64,000 bases of DNA from Octopus sinensis (Eukaryota), in NCBI RefSeq assembly GCF_006345805.1, contig NC_042997.1, forward strand, positions 200,012,001 through 200,076,000, read 5' to 3'. Below, in pieces: positions 24,141 to 37,175 of the stretch (position 1 is the first letter of the stretch; each line of letters starts with the position of its first letter). The notes beneath the pieces were generated by a model. It saw only the letters and a program-made list of their open reading frames with translations, was not told the DNA's origin and searched no databases. Made by a program: the position numbers and the translations under genes.

Positions 24141-26072
24141 TAATGTTAAAACAAAAATGTAAAAAGTAATTTGGCAGATGAAAACACTTTATTAGCACTG
24201 AAAATTGTTTTTAAAATATTTTGAAGAAAATGAACTACAGACAGGGTTGAAAACGTCTAAGTAGCAGTGTGTGTCTGCATTTGTAGAGAAAAAAAAAACT
24301 AGAAAGCCTTAGATTATAGACCTATTAATTCAGAAGGACTAACCTGGGAACAATGTGTATGACTCACATCTGAAACAGGTTTAGACACTATCACAAAAAT
24401 AAGAAAACACCAAGATGATGGGCAATCAATTCTCAACCAATAAATTCGAACCACTCGATCACCCAGCACTTTCTTCTCTCTGCTCCTGGTTCTGCAACTA
24501 AAAGCATTTCTACTCCTCTCAACCAGTAAGCTATATACCGTCTTCTCATGAGACAATCCAACACACCTACCCCTACCAATTCACAAATCTCACACTAATC
24601 ACTTTGTGCAATTTTCAACTACAACTTTCAAGAACACTCCCCACCTATATTGTTTAACCCAGATCAAACCTGACCCAGCTAAAATAATTCAGCCATAACT
24701 ATTTTGCTTCTAGCAAAGTAGCTAGTTCTAAAACCTCTATAAAAGATGTAAGTAGTAACAATACTGAAAAGTAATGTTTGTGCAACTTCAACATGGCTGA
24801 TCCGTGTAGAACTATGTTACTACCATTTTTTTTTAAACCCAGGAGGACATCTCCTCCAGCTGGTTAATGACACAACCTATGTCCATAAACCCCTACCATT
24901 TAGCAGTGACAAGACCAGTAGACCAGTAGACCAGCCTGGTTTCAGAATATTTTCCTTTGTCAGTACTGGACACCTGTCTGCCAGACATGCTTCTTTTCTC
25001 TATCTACCATCACAACCAATAAGTTTCAACTCAGTGGCTGTGTCCCCACCTCTTTTTTTCTATGTAAGTCTGTAGGAAGCTTTAGCAACAATTTAGCTAT
25101 TTCTTGGTGTGGCACCATCACAGTAAGTCTCCCTGGTTGGTTCGTTTTGCCCCCTCCCCAACATTCAAACCCCATCAACTTGACTAGTCTGAGTTGACCT
25201 AGATGCTTCTTCTAAATGGCATATGACAAAAGAGAAAACTTGGCTAACTCAAAACTAAACTTGTGAGGAAGTGCTGATTGAGACTGAGAACACATCTATG
25301 TTGAGATATTGCAGATACAGTTCTAAAAATAATACTTCAATTCGTCTGATTCTTAAACATTTCTACTGCACTTGTTCCTAAAGTTATGGAATTCCTCAAT
25401 AATTAGAGGATATATCTTAATTCTATATTTTTTATATTTTATGTATGTTACTTTTATTTTGTTTTTTGTTATTGATTTATTCTCTGGATCTTGACTTATT
25501 TTTTCATTAGTATTTTTTCTTCTTTTTGGCTTCAATATATTTTATTACATACATACAATAAAGTTTGATAAATGGGATGAAAGAGTGTAATTAAAATTAG
25601 AAGCAGCAGTAATGGGAAATGTAAAAATCTGACTTAGCCTATCATGAATTACCGAAATGAATAAAAGAATGCTTCAAAATAGATAAATTATGCACCCAGC
25701 TCAAATTTATTTGATTTTTTTTTCTCCAAAAGTCTTCAGATTTGTTATGGAACAGTGGAGATTCCAACTGTGCAAAGCAAAAAAAAAAAAAATAATTCTT
25801 GTCCCTCCCCCTCCTCTACACCAGTAGAGGATATTTCTTGCAATCATAAAAAGTGTCTGGTTTCATGAGAAGTATGATTATGTCACATATATCCCATTAT
25901 ATTTGTGAACTATGTTCCCAATTTAGTCTTAACATTTGCGTATTCATTTCAGTAATTCAGAAAACCAAGTTGGAAACTTCTCTTTCTGATATTGCCACTC
26001 TCCTTCAGTACTGCCAAGTCAGCATTCTTCAATGCCAAATTACTTTAAAAATTTTTGCACTTGGTTTTAGAA

Positions 26073-26293
26073 TGAGCATGGCCATTGCCAGTACTGCCTG
26101 ACTGGCCATCGTGCTGGTGGCATGTAAAAGTACCCACTACACTCTCGGAGTGGTTGGCATTAGGAAGGGTATCCGGCTGTAGAAACTCTGCCAGATCAAG
26201 ATTGGAGCCTGGTGCAGCCATCTGGTTCGCCAGTCCTCAGTCAAATCGTCTGACCCATGCTAGCATGGAAAGCGGATGTTAAATGATGATGAT
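26073..26293 (+). mobile_element. Family A RTE tail
   Basis: gtgctggtggcatgtaaaagtacccactacactctcggagtggttggc..ggaaagcggatgttaaatgatgatgat. Confidence 0.9.
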
Positions 26294-26914
26294 ATGAATT
26301 TTGCATTATAAAACTCAAGATATATATAAACATGTCTGGTATATCAAAAATCAAGTCCTTTTAGGTAGTAGATCCAAGAGTACTGTCATGTGGTTTTCAT
26401 TTTCAATCTACTTCCAAGCAACTGACAGCAGTCAACCATCAGATGCTCAGCAACTCACTGGCAGTCACTTTGTTCTTGACTGTGAATTTGGGCACCTTAC
26501 TCCTAACTACTCAAAAAGAAGGGAATCTATCTTATGAAGTAAACAGGAAGAGATTAAGTTCAAAAAGCTGTTAACTTATTGCAAACTTTGTTATGAATAC
26601 TCATACTGTTCTAAAATTGAGCAACCTCTCTTCACATGAAAAATCTAAGAACCATATGAGGACATCAAGACCAAACATAACTCAATGAGATGTGCATTCC
26701 AGTCCAAAATGATAAAACCAAAGTTGCATATTACTGACGTGTCACCCATCATTGTGCAATACATTCATATGGTTCATAATGAATGAACTGAGAGGAGACT
26801 GACAAGAGAATCCATTCGAGCAATTAAGTTACAAAGAACTGTTTAATAAAAAAAAAAAACGTTTTGTCTTCACTATAAACTGATCTGAATGAAGCTTTCC
26901 AAAGAAAAAGAAAA

Positions 26915-27112
26915 CCATGTAGGACTTTATCTTTACTTGTTTCAGTCATTTGACTGTGGCCATGCTGGAGCACCGCCTTTAGTCGAGCAAGTCGACCCCA
27001 GTACTTATTCTATCAGTCTCTTTTGCCGAACTGCTAAGTTACAGGGACGTAAACACACCACCATCGGTTGTCAAGCGATGTTGGGGGGATAAACACAGAC
27101 ACACACATATAC

Positions 27113-27145
<33 letters not shown>

Positions 27146-27325
27146 CGTATATATAAATATACAACGGGCTTCTTTCAGTTTCCGTCTATCAAATCCACTC
27201 GCAAGGCTTTGGTCGGCCTGAGGCTATAGAAGACACTTGCCCAAGGTGCCATACAGTGGGACTGAACCCGGAACCATGTGGCTGGTAAGCAAGCTACTTA
27301 CCACACAGCCACTCCTGTGCCTATG
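26915..27325 (-). mobile_element. SINE family B, near full length, internal (TA)n
   Basis: Reverse complement of the full family B layout, from gcacaggagtggctgtgtggtaag to gactgaaacaagtaaag. Confidence 0.9.
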
Positions 27326-27655
27326 AATGTGAAGAATCTTGCCAAACAACAAAAAAAAATGTTTTAACTCAAATATTGGTAAAGAAGTTTGCTTCCCAAC
27401 CACATAGTTCCAGGTTCAGTCCCACTGTATGGCATCTTGGGCAAGTGTCTTCTACTATAGCCTCAGGCCGACCAAAGCCTTGTGAGTGGATTTGGTAGAC
27501 GGAAACTGAAAGCCCATTTTGTATATATGTATGTATGTATGCATTTATGCATCACATAAATGTGACATACATTTATATATATATGTATTTGAGTGTGTAT
27601 CTGTTTGTCCCCCACCCTGCCATCGCTTGAGAACTGATGCTGCTGTGTTTATGTA

Positions 27656-28945
27656 CGAGGGGCGTTCAATAAGTAATGCCCCTGACCCACTTGCAGTTGT
27701 TTGATCTAGCTGAAATTTTGCATGTGCAATTATTTATATCTCTATAGATTAAGTGGAAAATTACAGCTCTGAACCAATTGTGGTTTCTGATTTACAGGTG
27801 TTTGAACTGAGTCAAGTTTGAAATGGAGCCTGTTGAGTGTCGAGCAGTGATCCGGTTTTTGTATTTGAAAGGACGCACACCACGGGAGACTTTTGATGAA
27901 ATGAAAGTAACTTATGGTGATGATGCCCCATCATATGACCTTGTAAAACGCTGGCATCGTGAATTCAAACATGGTCGGAACTCTGTGGAAACAACTCCCA
28001 GATCTGGTCGCCCCTTTCTGCCATTGATGAGGCATTTGTCCGTCAAGTGAGGCTGCCATTTTGGAAGATCGACGCATAACTATTTGCCAAATAGCCCATG
28101 AGGTCAAGATTAGTACCAGGTCTGTGGAAACTATCATTCATGACCATTTGCATATGCAAAAGGTGTCTGCCAGATGGATTCCCAGGTTGCTCACACCTTT
28201 CCAGAAGCAAGAACGCGTCGAGTGCTCAAGGATGAATTTGGAGATGTGCCAAGAAGATGAGTCAAAATTTTTCAAAAGACTGATTACACAGGATGAAACC
28301 TGGGTCCATCACTATGATCCAGAGACCAAAGCCGAGTCAATGCAGTGGAAGCACCGTGACTCACCTCCTCCAAAGAAGGCAAGGGTGCAGCCCTCCGCTG
28401 GCAAGGTCATGCTCACAGTCTTCTGGGACCAGGACGAAGTAGTGATGACAGATTTCCTGGCAAAGGGTACCACAATTACAGGAGCCTATTATGCTTCACT
28501 TTTGAGAAAATTAAGAGAAGCTATCAAAATCAAGAGGCGGGGCAAGATCAGCAAAGGCATCCTCCTCCTGCAGGACAACGCTCCGGTCCACAACTTGCGT
28601 GTCGCCAGATCAGAAGCACAGGTGTGCAGCTATGAACTCCTCCCCCACCCCCCTACTCTCCTGACCTTGCACCCTCTGATTTTCACCTCTTCCCAGCCAT
28701 GAAGTTGTTTTTGAAAGGAAAGCATTTCCCAGATGATGCAGCCTTGATTTCTGAAGTCACGTTGTGGTTGGAAGACCAAGCTGGGGTCTCCTAAAAAAAC
28801 GGTCTCCAGAGCTGCATCAAACGATGGGAGAAATACATAAATCTGGGTGGTTCCTATGTAGAAAAAGACTAATAACTGTGCCAAGTTTCGTTGCTCTACT
28901 GCTATGGGAAGTGAGTCAGGGGCATTACTTATTGAACGCCCCTCG
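27656..28945 (+). mobile_element. Full-length (1290 bp) mariner transposon with TA target duplication
   Basis: TIRs cgaggggcgttcaataagtaatgcccctgac / gtcaggggcattacttattgaacgcccctcg; TA at 27654-55 and 28946-47. Confidence 0.97.
27823..28872 (+). pseudogene. Mariner D,D34D transposase (irritans-like) with 2 frameshifts and 1 stop
   Basis: WIPRLL, DETWVHHYDPE, QDNAPVH...HPPYSPDLAPSD (34 residues between the Ds); single-base losses at about 28015 and 28650; TAA at about 28792. Confidence 0.95.
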
Positions 28946-30529
28946 TACCTGTAACTTCGTGGTTCAACAAACAAGACAGAATATGTACCAGGCTTACAAA
29001 GTATAAGTCCTGGTATCGATTTCTTCATCTAAAACCATTTAAGGAGGTGCTCCAGCATGGCCACAGTCAAATGACTGAAACAAGTAAAAGAATAAAAGAA
29101 TAAACAACAGTCCACATGTTTAAATACATCATTTAATTAACAAGACGGATGTATACAACTGAAAGAACTAATAATTGTAATTTGTTTTATTGGAGAAAAA
29201 AAAACACTGAGATGATGCAGGTGTATTAGAAAATACACTAAAAAAATTTGTTATCATACTTATGTGAGCTGCAGGTGTATATGACATTTCAAAAGTTTTT
29301 ATACAGAAGAATATGGTACTATGCAGGTTTGTTTTTGCATTCTTTTACTATAAGAATGTTAGAAGTCTGTATAGCACCTATCAGCAGCTCACAGCAGTTG
29401 CTTAAGCTGGTATGAACATTTAAATATATAGAAACGTAGGTGGTTTGTAAAAAAAAAAAATGCAGTTAAATTCGGTGGGAAAAACAGTTTGGTTATCTGT
29501 GATAATCTTCCTAAATGATGTCACGTGTAGAAAAGCTCTTTTCTAATTTCAAACACCAAATTAATTGAATTAGCGTGTGTAAATTTGTAAGCAATATGTC
29601 ACATGACAGGTGATACGTGATTATAGTAATAACCATTAGGTGGCTCTTCAATACATAATTACCAGATTTCTTGCATATTTATGTATGTGAATAGATTAAT
29701 ACCAGGGGTCAGCAAAGTGATCGATATTGACCCCTGAGGGGTCTGTGGTTTTCTAAACAGCTGATAAACACTTTAAATGATTTAGAACATTAAGGGTACT
29801 GAATTATTAACAAACTGTGTCTGGAAGAGCATCATAATTTAAGGCAAGATTCAGTAATTTCCAGCTAAATAATCGATGCAATAACTAGTCTTCACCAAAT
29901 GTATATTCCACATCAAATATTCTGACTATATCAATACAATAAGATTGAATTTTTATTGTTCTTTATCATTTGCATTAAGTATTCTCATTAAATTTACCTA
30001 TTAAACGTTATAGCGCCAAAGAACAAAGGAGTTATTGATTTTAAAAGTAATAAACTTATTATTCTTGTTATTTTTAGAAATTTATGTGGTGATCAATAAG
30101 TTCTCAATAATTCCATGAAGTGGGTTAGTGGTATATGAAGTCTGTCACCCCTAATTTTAAGCACTACCTGCAGCAAGCATGGCATTCCCCGTTTGCTAAG
30201 CCCAGAAGTGTCCTTACAATCCAAAAGCAACCCAAGGGATAAATCCCTTGCTCCCAATCTCCAGCCCACAAATAGCTGGTCTAGGAGAGATAACCCACCC
30301 AACCTCACTGATGCTGGACTATTTATTTTTTGATGACCAAATGACCAATAACCGTAACAGATTTCTGTCTCCCAGAAGCGATGAGTTAAATTTGTCTTCA
30401 GACAAGTCTGAGGAGTCTTCTGCAAGGCTACAGCCTGCGTGGGTGCAAAACCATTGGTCACTATGACCAAACATGAGCTTTATTACTTTACTGCTCTATA
30501 GGTAAGAGTGTGCTTCTTTTACAGATATA

Positions 30530-30893
30530 TGATACATTGACTATCTTTCAAGCGTTGGGCCTACCGGAGGCCAAGTGGCTGAGTTCCTTTCAAACATTGG
30601 GCCTCACGGAAGCAATGACCAAGACCTTTGGCATTATGTTGTGCTTGAAAAGAAGACCCATCAAGCCAAGCAAAATCACAGTTGTGGAAGATACTGATGT
30701 CACGCAAATGGCACCTATACTGGTGACACATAAAAGCACCCATTATACTCTCAGAGTGGCTGGTGTTAAGAAGAGCATCTAGCTATAGAAAATCATGCCA
30801 AATCAGACTGGATTCTGGTGCAGCCTTCCAACTTACCAGCCTTGGTAAACCATCCAACCTATGCCAGCATGGACAACAGATGTTAAATGATGA
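30530..30893 (+). mobile_element. RTE 3' end / family A tail, old
   Basis: LGLTEAMTK..tgtgcttgaaaagaagacc; tail ccaacctatgccagcatggacaacagatgttaaatgatgat. Confidence 0.75.
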
Positions 30894-31310
30894 TTATATA
30901 TATATCTATATATATATATAAATCTGCTGGATCTCACATGTGAATCTTACATTGCTTATAAACTCTATATTTGGAAGGACTCATTTCAAACTCTGTTGGA
31001 CCTTTGGACTTTACTCATAGGGTATTGGAATATTGCATATATACCATTATGCCTAAAAAATGGAATTACAACTTCAATACCCATACATATCTTACATCTA
31101 TTTTCTTTCCCCTACCTCACTCTCTATTTTGTATCACATCTAAACTAACTATGACTTCACTATCCTCTCACACTGTTTCCGATTAAGGGATATTATTAAT
31201 AAATATCCTAGAAACAGCTGTAAGACCTATCTATAAATGCTCTAATATCTACACACCCTTGGTTTTTTATCGTATTACACAAAAAATTCTTTTATATATA
31301 TATAAATGTA

Positions 31311-32050
31311 ACATCTATAATAATAAATGCCAAAACGAATTTCTGAATTTCTGTGTGTCAGTCTGTCACACTTTGACCCCCTCTCTTACTATTCAATGAC
31401 ACTTCTCTTGCTGGGGTCAGAATAATAGTAAACATACAGATGGTGTGGGCAGTAGTAGATTGACAGGTGAGAATGGTAATGGGGTGATAGTAATAGTATG
31501 AGCTGTAGTTGTGAAAGAGGCAGAGGCAACAGTAATGGTGGTGGTAGTGGTAGCTGAGGCAGTCAAGCATGACGGTGATAGTAAGGGATGTGAAAGACAG
31601 TTGTGATGGTGGGGAGGGGAGGCAGCGAAATTTCTCCACAGACTGAAAAAACTATGAACAAGCTTAATTGATTTTTGTACTTTATTGGGTTCTCATAAGA
31701 GGCGTTGACATCATTTTGACAATCTCCAGAGAAATGGCAGCAGCCAAACTTTATATAATGAACAAATGCAGCAGTTACTTTATGAAGGAGTCCCTAATTT
31801 GCATAATGAAAGTGATTAACACTATAAATACCAGCAGCCTGTCAACGGAGATCTTAGTCCACACAGTGTAAAGGTATGATAAAATATATATGTAACATAT
31901 GGTATAATTATAAACAGGGCAAATTTTAGCCATTTCTCCACAGACTGAAAAAATGATGAACAGCCTTAATCGATTTTCAAACTTTATTGGGTTCGCATCA
32001 GGTGTCCACATCATTTTGGCAATCTCCAGAAAAACAAGCAGCCAAACTGG

Positions 32051-32060
<10 letters not shown>
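31311..32060 (+). mobile_element. Helitron/HINE-like non-autonomous element with an internal ~130-bp direct repeat
   Basis: Starts atctataataataaatgcc..tgtgtgtcagtctgtc; the repeat tttctccacagactgaaaaaa..gcagccaaact occurs at about 31630-31762 and 31933-32050. Confidence 0.45.
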
Positions 32061-32087
<27 letters not shown>

Positions 32088-33658
32088 TAGATAGATAGAT
32101 ATACACTCACTACTACCCAGTGGGTGCTGTCAAAATTCCAATGAAAGAGCTCTTGTCCCTTGGGGTAGAAGCTTTTAAAAGCCCAATAGACACGCAATGT
32201 GTTGCCTCTAATTTCAGTTTTTGACAGAGCCTTCAATAGAATTAAAATTTTTCATAATCTAATTTATAAAATGAAGAAGGCGAACGTTGATACAAATTGG
32301 ATTTTTATGTAAAAAGGGGTCTAAATGGGGTTGGAAGGGGATTAAAATTTACAGGAGGGGTAACCTGAGGTGAGAAATTGATTGGGTGACATTTTGGGGC
32401 ACTACAGTGGTTGCTTTGGTGTGAAAATGGGGATTTTATTGATTTTTGGGGACACTTGGGGGTCTAGATTGGACACCTTTTGCCCGATTTCAATCAAATT
32501 TTCAACATGGTAAATTGGAAGCAAATTTGTAATTTAAGCGCGGAAAATGGGTTCGAAATTTTGAAAATTAAGACAAGATTTTTTAAGTTGAAAAAAAATT
32601 TCTCATTTTTACATATTTTTGCTTTTTATTTTTTATTGTTTACAGTTTTCATTTTTTCTGAAAGAAATTTACATCTACATGTGGCCCATGTTTAGAGCTT
32701 TCATTTGCATGGTCAATCACCAAAAAATTCCCAAAATAAGTACTAAATTTAACAAAGAAAACCTTTTTTTTCCCTATTTTTAATCGCTCAAATAGTGACA
32801 CGTACAAAAGGCAAGTGTGCTTTCCATTGTCACTGCCTGATATTTATGATTGATCTTTCAAAATATTTTCTTTCTCGGCTTACTCAAGATCTTTTGTTTT
32901 TTATAAATGGGATAGAGAAAGAGAGTAAGAGAAAGCGAGGGAGAGTCCGAGAGAAAGGAGAGAGAAACAATGAGGGAGAATGTGGCAATAAGAAACAGAA
33001 AGGAAGCATCAGAAAGTAACAACCATGCCCTCATCCGCGTGTAGAGCAAGTCACCTTAAGCTAGTATACAATAAACTTATATTTATTTAGAAATAATCCA
33101 CAAGACTGAAAATGTAAGGTTGACTATTTCTTTGAACTTATATGAGTGTAAACTTGTATGGACTTTCAAAATAGCTCTCACTTAGCACCAAGAAAGGAAA
33201 GTGGCAATGAATTACATAGGGATTTTCCTCCATTTTATGAAATATTGGAGTTGACTCGCCTCTTATAGGATCACCAGGTTAATCTGTAATGATTGGTCGT
33301 CTTATCCATCATGAGAGTTTGGAACATTGGTGGAGTCCTGTGAGTGGATTGGTCAAATATTGTGTGGGGTATGGAACGCGGATTCAATCACATTGTGTAT
33401 AATCTCAAACAACTAATATGAATCAGCACCGGAGCCTACCTCTGTCTATAGGTTTAACAAAACATTTATGACTGAGAGTTGAGCGATTTTCATGAAGACG
33501 AGTCGTGTTATTTTCCTGCTGTTATAACAAAGCAGATGTAACCAATGAGAGCCAGAGCAGAATTGGCCAAACGATGGATGAGCTATACAATCACCAGAAT
33601 CCGTGAGGAATTTATTTTGTTTATATTAACAGAGGAATAAAAAGCAAGCCTTTCTTTT

Positions 33659-33950
33659 GTTTCGGTTACAGAGGATACTAATCTGCAAAAAAATTGGCAA
33701 AAATCAGCATTTTGAAATTACCCCTCCCCAACCCTAATTTCATTTTTAACTTTTTTCATAAATTTTCTTTTCAAAATATGTCGAAAAATACGGAGATTAC
33801 GATTCTGAAAAAAATTTCCCAAAATATTCTAGTTAGGTTGGGGTTGCGGTTTTACAGAAAGAAGTGAGAAATGAAGAAATTGGGGGGGGGGGGGGAAGAA
33901 ATTTCAAAATGCCGATTTTGGCAATTTTCCGTTATCTCCGTATCCGAAAA
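33659..33950. mobile_element. MITE (about 290 bp) with degenerate TIRs
   Basis: tttcggttacagaggata..aaaattggcaaaaatcagcattttgaaatt pairs with aatttcaaaatgccgattttggcaatttt..tatctccgtatccgaaaa. Confidence 0.65.
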
Positions 33951-35617
33951 CGGGGATTTTTAGCAAAAAAAAAATTTGCGAGAAAATGGGAGGTGGGAGG
34001 AAGTCTTTCCGAATAAAGTCTCGCTGTTATTTTAAAAGTTTGTTCCTTGCATTATTTCCATGAGTGAACACGCAACATGTTATATAATGGTAGGTAAGAT
34101 TCCGTAGTAAAACCAAAGGATACTTTATACCTAAACCTCTGCTCCATACAACAATATCATTTCTTTAAAGATTTTGTGACCCCACCACTAGCGTAGATGT
34201 GTGCTACCCGGGGTGACCCTTCCGTTTTCCGCCCCCGAACCCCACAAAAAACAATTTGTCTACAGCAGACCCAAAAGTCCTACCCAACGCGCAACCACGC
34301 TGGGTGGCCCCCACCTAATTCCTTCCTATTGAGGTAGTGACAGCTATTCTGATACTTTGCCTAAATTTGAACAATATTTATGTCTATATAAAAATAAGTC
34401 ATACCTAAAATATTAATCTTCAGTTGGCGTGAAAAAAGAAAAAAAGAATCGTCTTTTTTTTTCATTTAAGACTAAAACTCGTTATCAACATAACGAACGG
34501 TTATTGTAAAGAATATATTTCGTAGTCAAAATTATACAACATCTCGAAAAGTAGTAATAATTATATTTAATTATAACCGTCTTAATTAGAGTGACAACAT
34601 GAATAAATCCGACGAGTGTTAGTAATCTGTCGAAAAGCCTGTTGAACGATTGAATTTTGTGAAGAATTGATATTTTTCTCTCTTCTTTCTTTGCTTGTGG
34701 TTATTTTTATTTGTTTTTGATATGCATATTAATGTCGAATGTAATTAAGTATGCTGTAACAATAAATTCATATTAATTTCAACAAATATAGTCAAAATTT
34801 ATACTGAAAAATGCAATAGTTCTGCGGTCTCAATTCTTCCGAAATTGCATTGCTGATAAATTAAGAGAAACATTTAAAACTCGTGGGAAAACACTCAATG
34901 AGGTTCTAATTAGAATATATTTACAATGTTCAGGTAAAAAAAAACGTTTGCATATATTTACAAGTGAAAAATAATTCCAAACAAAACATTTTTTCAAAAA
35001 ACATTAAGGCTAAAATAATTCAAAGAGTAACAGACGACACTTAGCAGCCATTATATTAAAACGGACGAATTTTGTAATTTTCTGCATGAGCAATGTAAGG
35101 GAGAACAAATTAGAAATTTGAAGCAGATGAAAAAGAAAACAATCCATTGAAGTCTTTTTTTTAAATATTTGTTTTTTGAAATATGAATAATTAAATAAAT
35201 GAACCTACCTTTAGTTGAGTTCTTCGAATTGTTGAAGGTTTTGCTTCAGCTAAATTTTCAAGTGACATTTCGAAAATGCAAAGCAACTTGATACAATTTT
35301 TATAATTTGAAGTAAAAAAAAACAACAATATAAATCTACTGACATGAACTAGACTCGCCAAAGTATTATGTATAGGAAGATTTCAGTGAATGGGGTTTTT
35401 AATATTACACTTACCTTCATCTGAGAGCGAACATCAATTCTTCATACGGCATTTGAGTGCCGTTCTGTACAAAGAAGACTTCGTAGTCTTTTTGTGACGT
35501 CACAATATGTTAATTTAAAAGAGGCATTCTTATTCTTTTAGTTCGTTTTTGGATTTGGTTTGCAAGATTCATAAGGCACAAAAAGAAAATGACTCTCCCC
35601 AGACACAATAGAATATT

Positions 35618-35815
35618 CTTTTATTCTTCTCCTTGTTTCAGACATTTGACTTCGGCCATGCTGGAGCATCGCCTTTAGTCGAACAAATTGACCCAGGACT
35701 TATTCTATGTAAGCATAGTACGTAGTCTATCGGAATATTTTGCCGAATCACTAAGTTACGGGGACGTCAACACACCGATATCGGTCGTTAAGCGATGGGG
35801 GTGGGTTGACAAACA
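35618..35815 (-). mobile_element. SINE family B 3' half
   Basis: ttgtttcagacatttgacttcggccatgctggagcatcgcctttagtcga..ctaagttacggggacgt. Confidence 0.85.
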
Positions 35816-35962
35816 GGTGCACAAATTGTCCTGTTTGTGTTACCAATTTTGACCCTTCGCAAAATCCCCAATTTTATTTAATTTGCTTTGCGGGAGCACC
35901 TGTTTTATCGAAAGCGTATATTGTTGTTAAATTGCTTGAAATGCAGCCTACAACGGATGAAG

Positions 35963-35963
<1 letters not shown>

Positions 35964-36002
<39 letters not shown>
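35964..36002. repeat. (TC)n microsatellite
   Basis: Direct observation. Confidence 0.95.
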
Positions 36003-36007
<5 letters not shown>

Positions 36008-36069
36008 TCATCTTCTCAGTTATACAACGGGAATTTCAATTTTTCCATATATACCTTTGTCCTTTCCGG

Positions 36070-37175
36070 TTTCCCGGCCACCAAAACAAAACAAAAAGAA
36101 AATGTAATAGGTGTAAAAAAAATGTGTATTAAACGTATATGAAAACAAAAATTTACGCCAACGAACCGGGAGGTGGCGAGAGGACTTTCGGAAAATTCAC
36201 AAGATCCCTCGTAACTTTTAGGAAAATAGATATATTTTAATGAAATTTTTATATAAATACCTTTCAAACGGCATAGAGTACGATTGTAAAGAAATTTGTG
36301 GGGAAAATTTTTCCGAGGAGTAAAGAGAGGACTTTTGAATAGAAAAAAATTCATAAATAATTTTTTTGCTTGAGTGTAACGGAAATAAGGTTGAAGAGAA
36401 TTTTTAGATTCATTTATTTATCGTTTGAGTAATAGAAAAATGTTTGTAAAAAGATCCCATGTATCATGGTGAGAGAAACAAATTCATAAATACGGTGTTG
36501 AATATATAGTTTCACTACGGAAAAAAGTTAAGGGCGATTTAGCTGTTGTTTTTAGCACATCTCCACCGTTGGGATCTTTTTTAAAACTTTTTTCTTATTT
36601 CTTTATTGCCCACAAGGGGCTAAACATAGAGGGGACAAACAAGGACAGACAAAGGGATTAAGTCGATTACATCGACTGCAGTGCGTAACTGGTACTTAAT
36701 TTATCGATCCCGAAAGGATGAAAGGGAAAGTCGACCTCGGTGGAATTTAAACTCAGAATGTAGCGGCAGACGAAATACCGTTAAGCCTTTCGCCCGGCAC
36801 GCTAACATTTCTGCCAGCTCGCCGCCTTATCTTTTTTTAAAACCTTTTTCTACATCTCAAACGAAAAATAAATTAATCTAAATGTTTTTTAAAAACTTTT
36901 TTTTTTCATTATACTCAAGCAAAAAGATAATTGATGACTTTCTCTTCGAAAGTCCTCTCCCCACCTCCTTGGGAAAATATTTTCCCCACAAACTTCTTTA
37001 TCGTAATCTATGCCGTTTGAAAGGTATTTATATAAAATTTCATTAAAAGTCCTCTCTCCACCTCCCGGTTCGTTGGCACAAAGTTGTTTATCTTTATATT
37101 CGTTTAATACGCATTTTTTTACACATATTACACTTTTTTATGCTTTTTTTTCTTTGGTGGCTGGGAGTTAAAGTA
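36070..37175. repeat. Long inverted repeat (arms about 36070-36445 and 36835-37175), foldback element
   Basis: Shared blocks include gccaacgaaccgggaggtgg.gagaggacttt and ttaatgaaattttatataaatacctttcaaacggcataga. Confidence 0.85.
36595..36830 (-). mobile_element. SINE family D, conserved, inside the foldback spacer
   Basis: Reverse complement of the full family D layout. Confidence 0.9.

Larger units (their letters stand above)
27372..29103 (+). mobile_element. SINE family B interrupted by a mariner insertion
   Basis: Head at 27372-27655 resumes after the mariner at 28948 (cctgtaactt..ggtgctccagcatggccacagtcaaatgactgaaac). Confidence 0.9.

Noticed and set aside
33230-33640. MULE-like transposase remnant (HNVIESAFH)
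   Set aside because: A single short motif across stops; too weak
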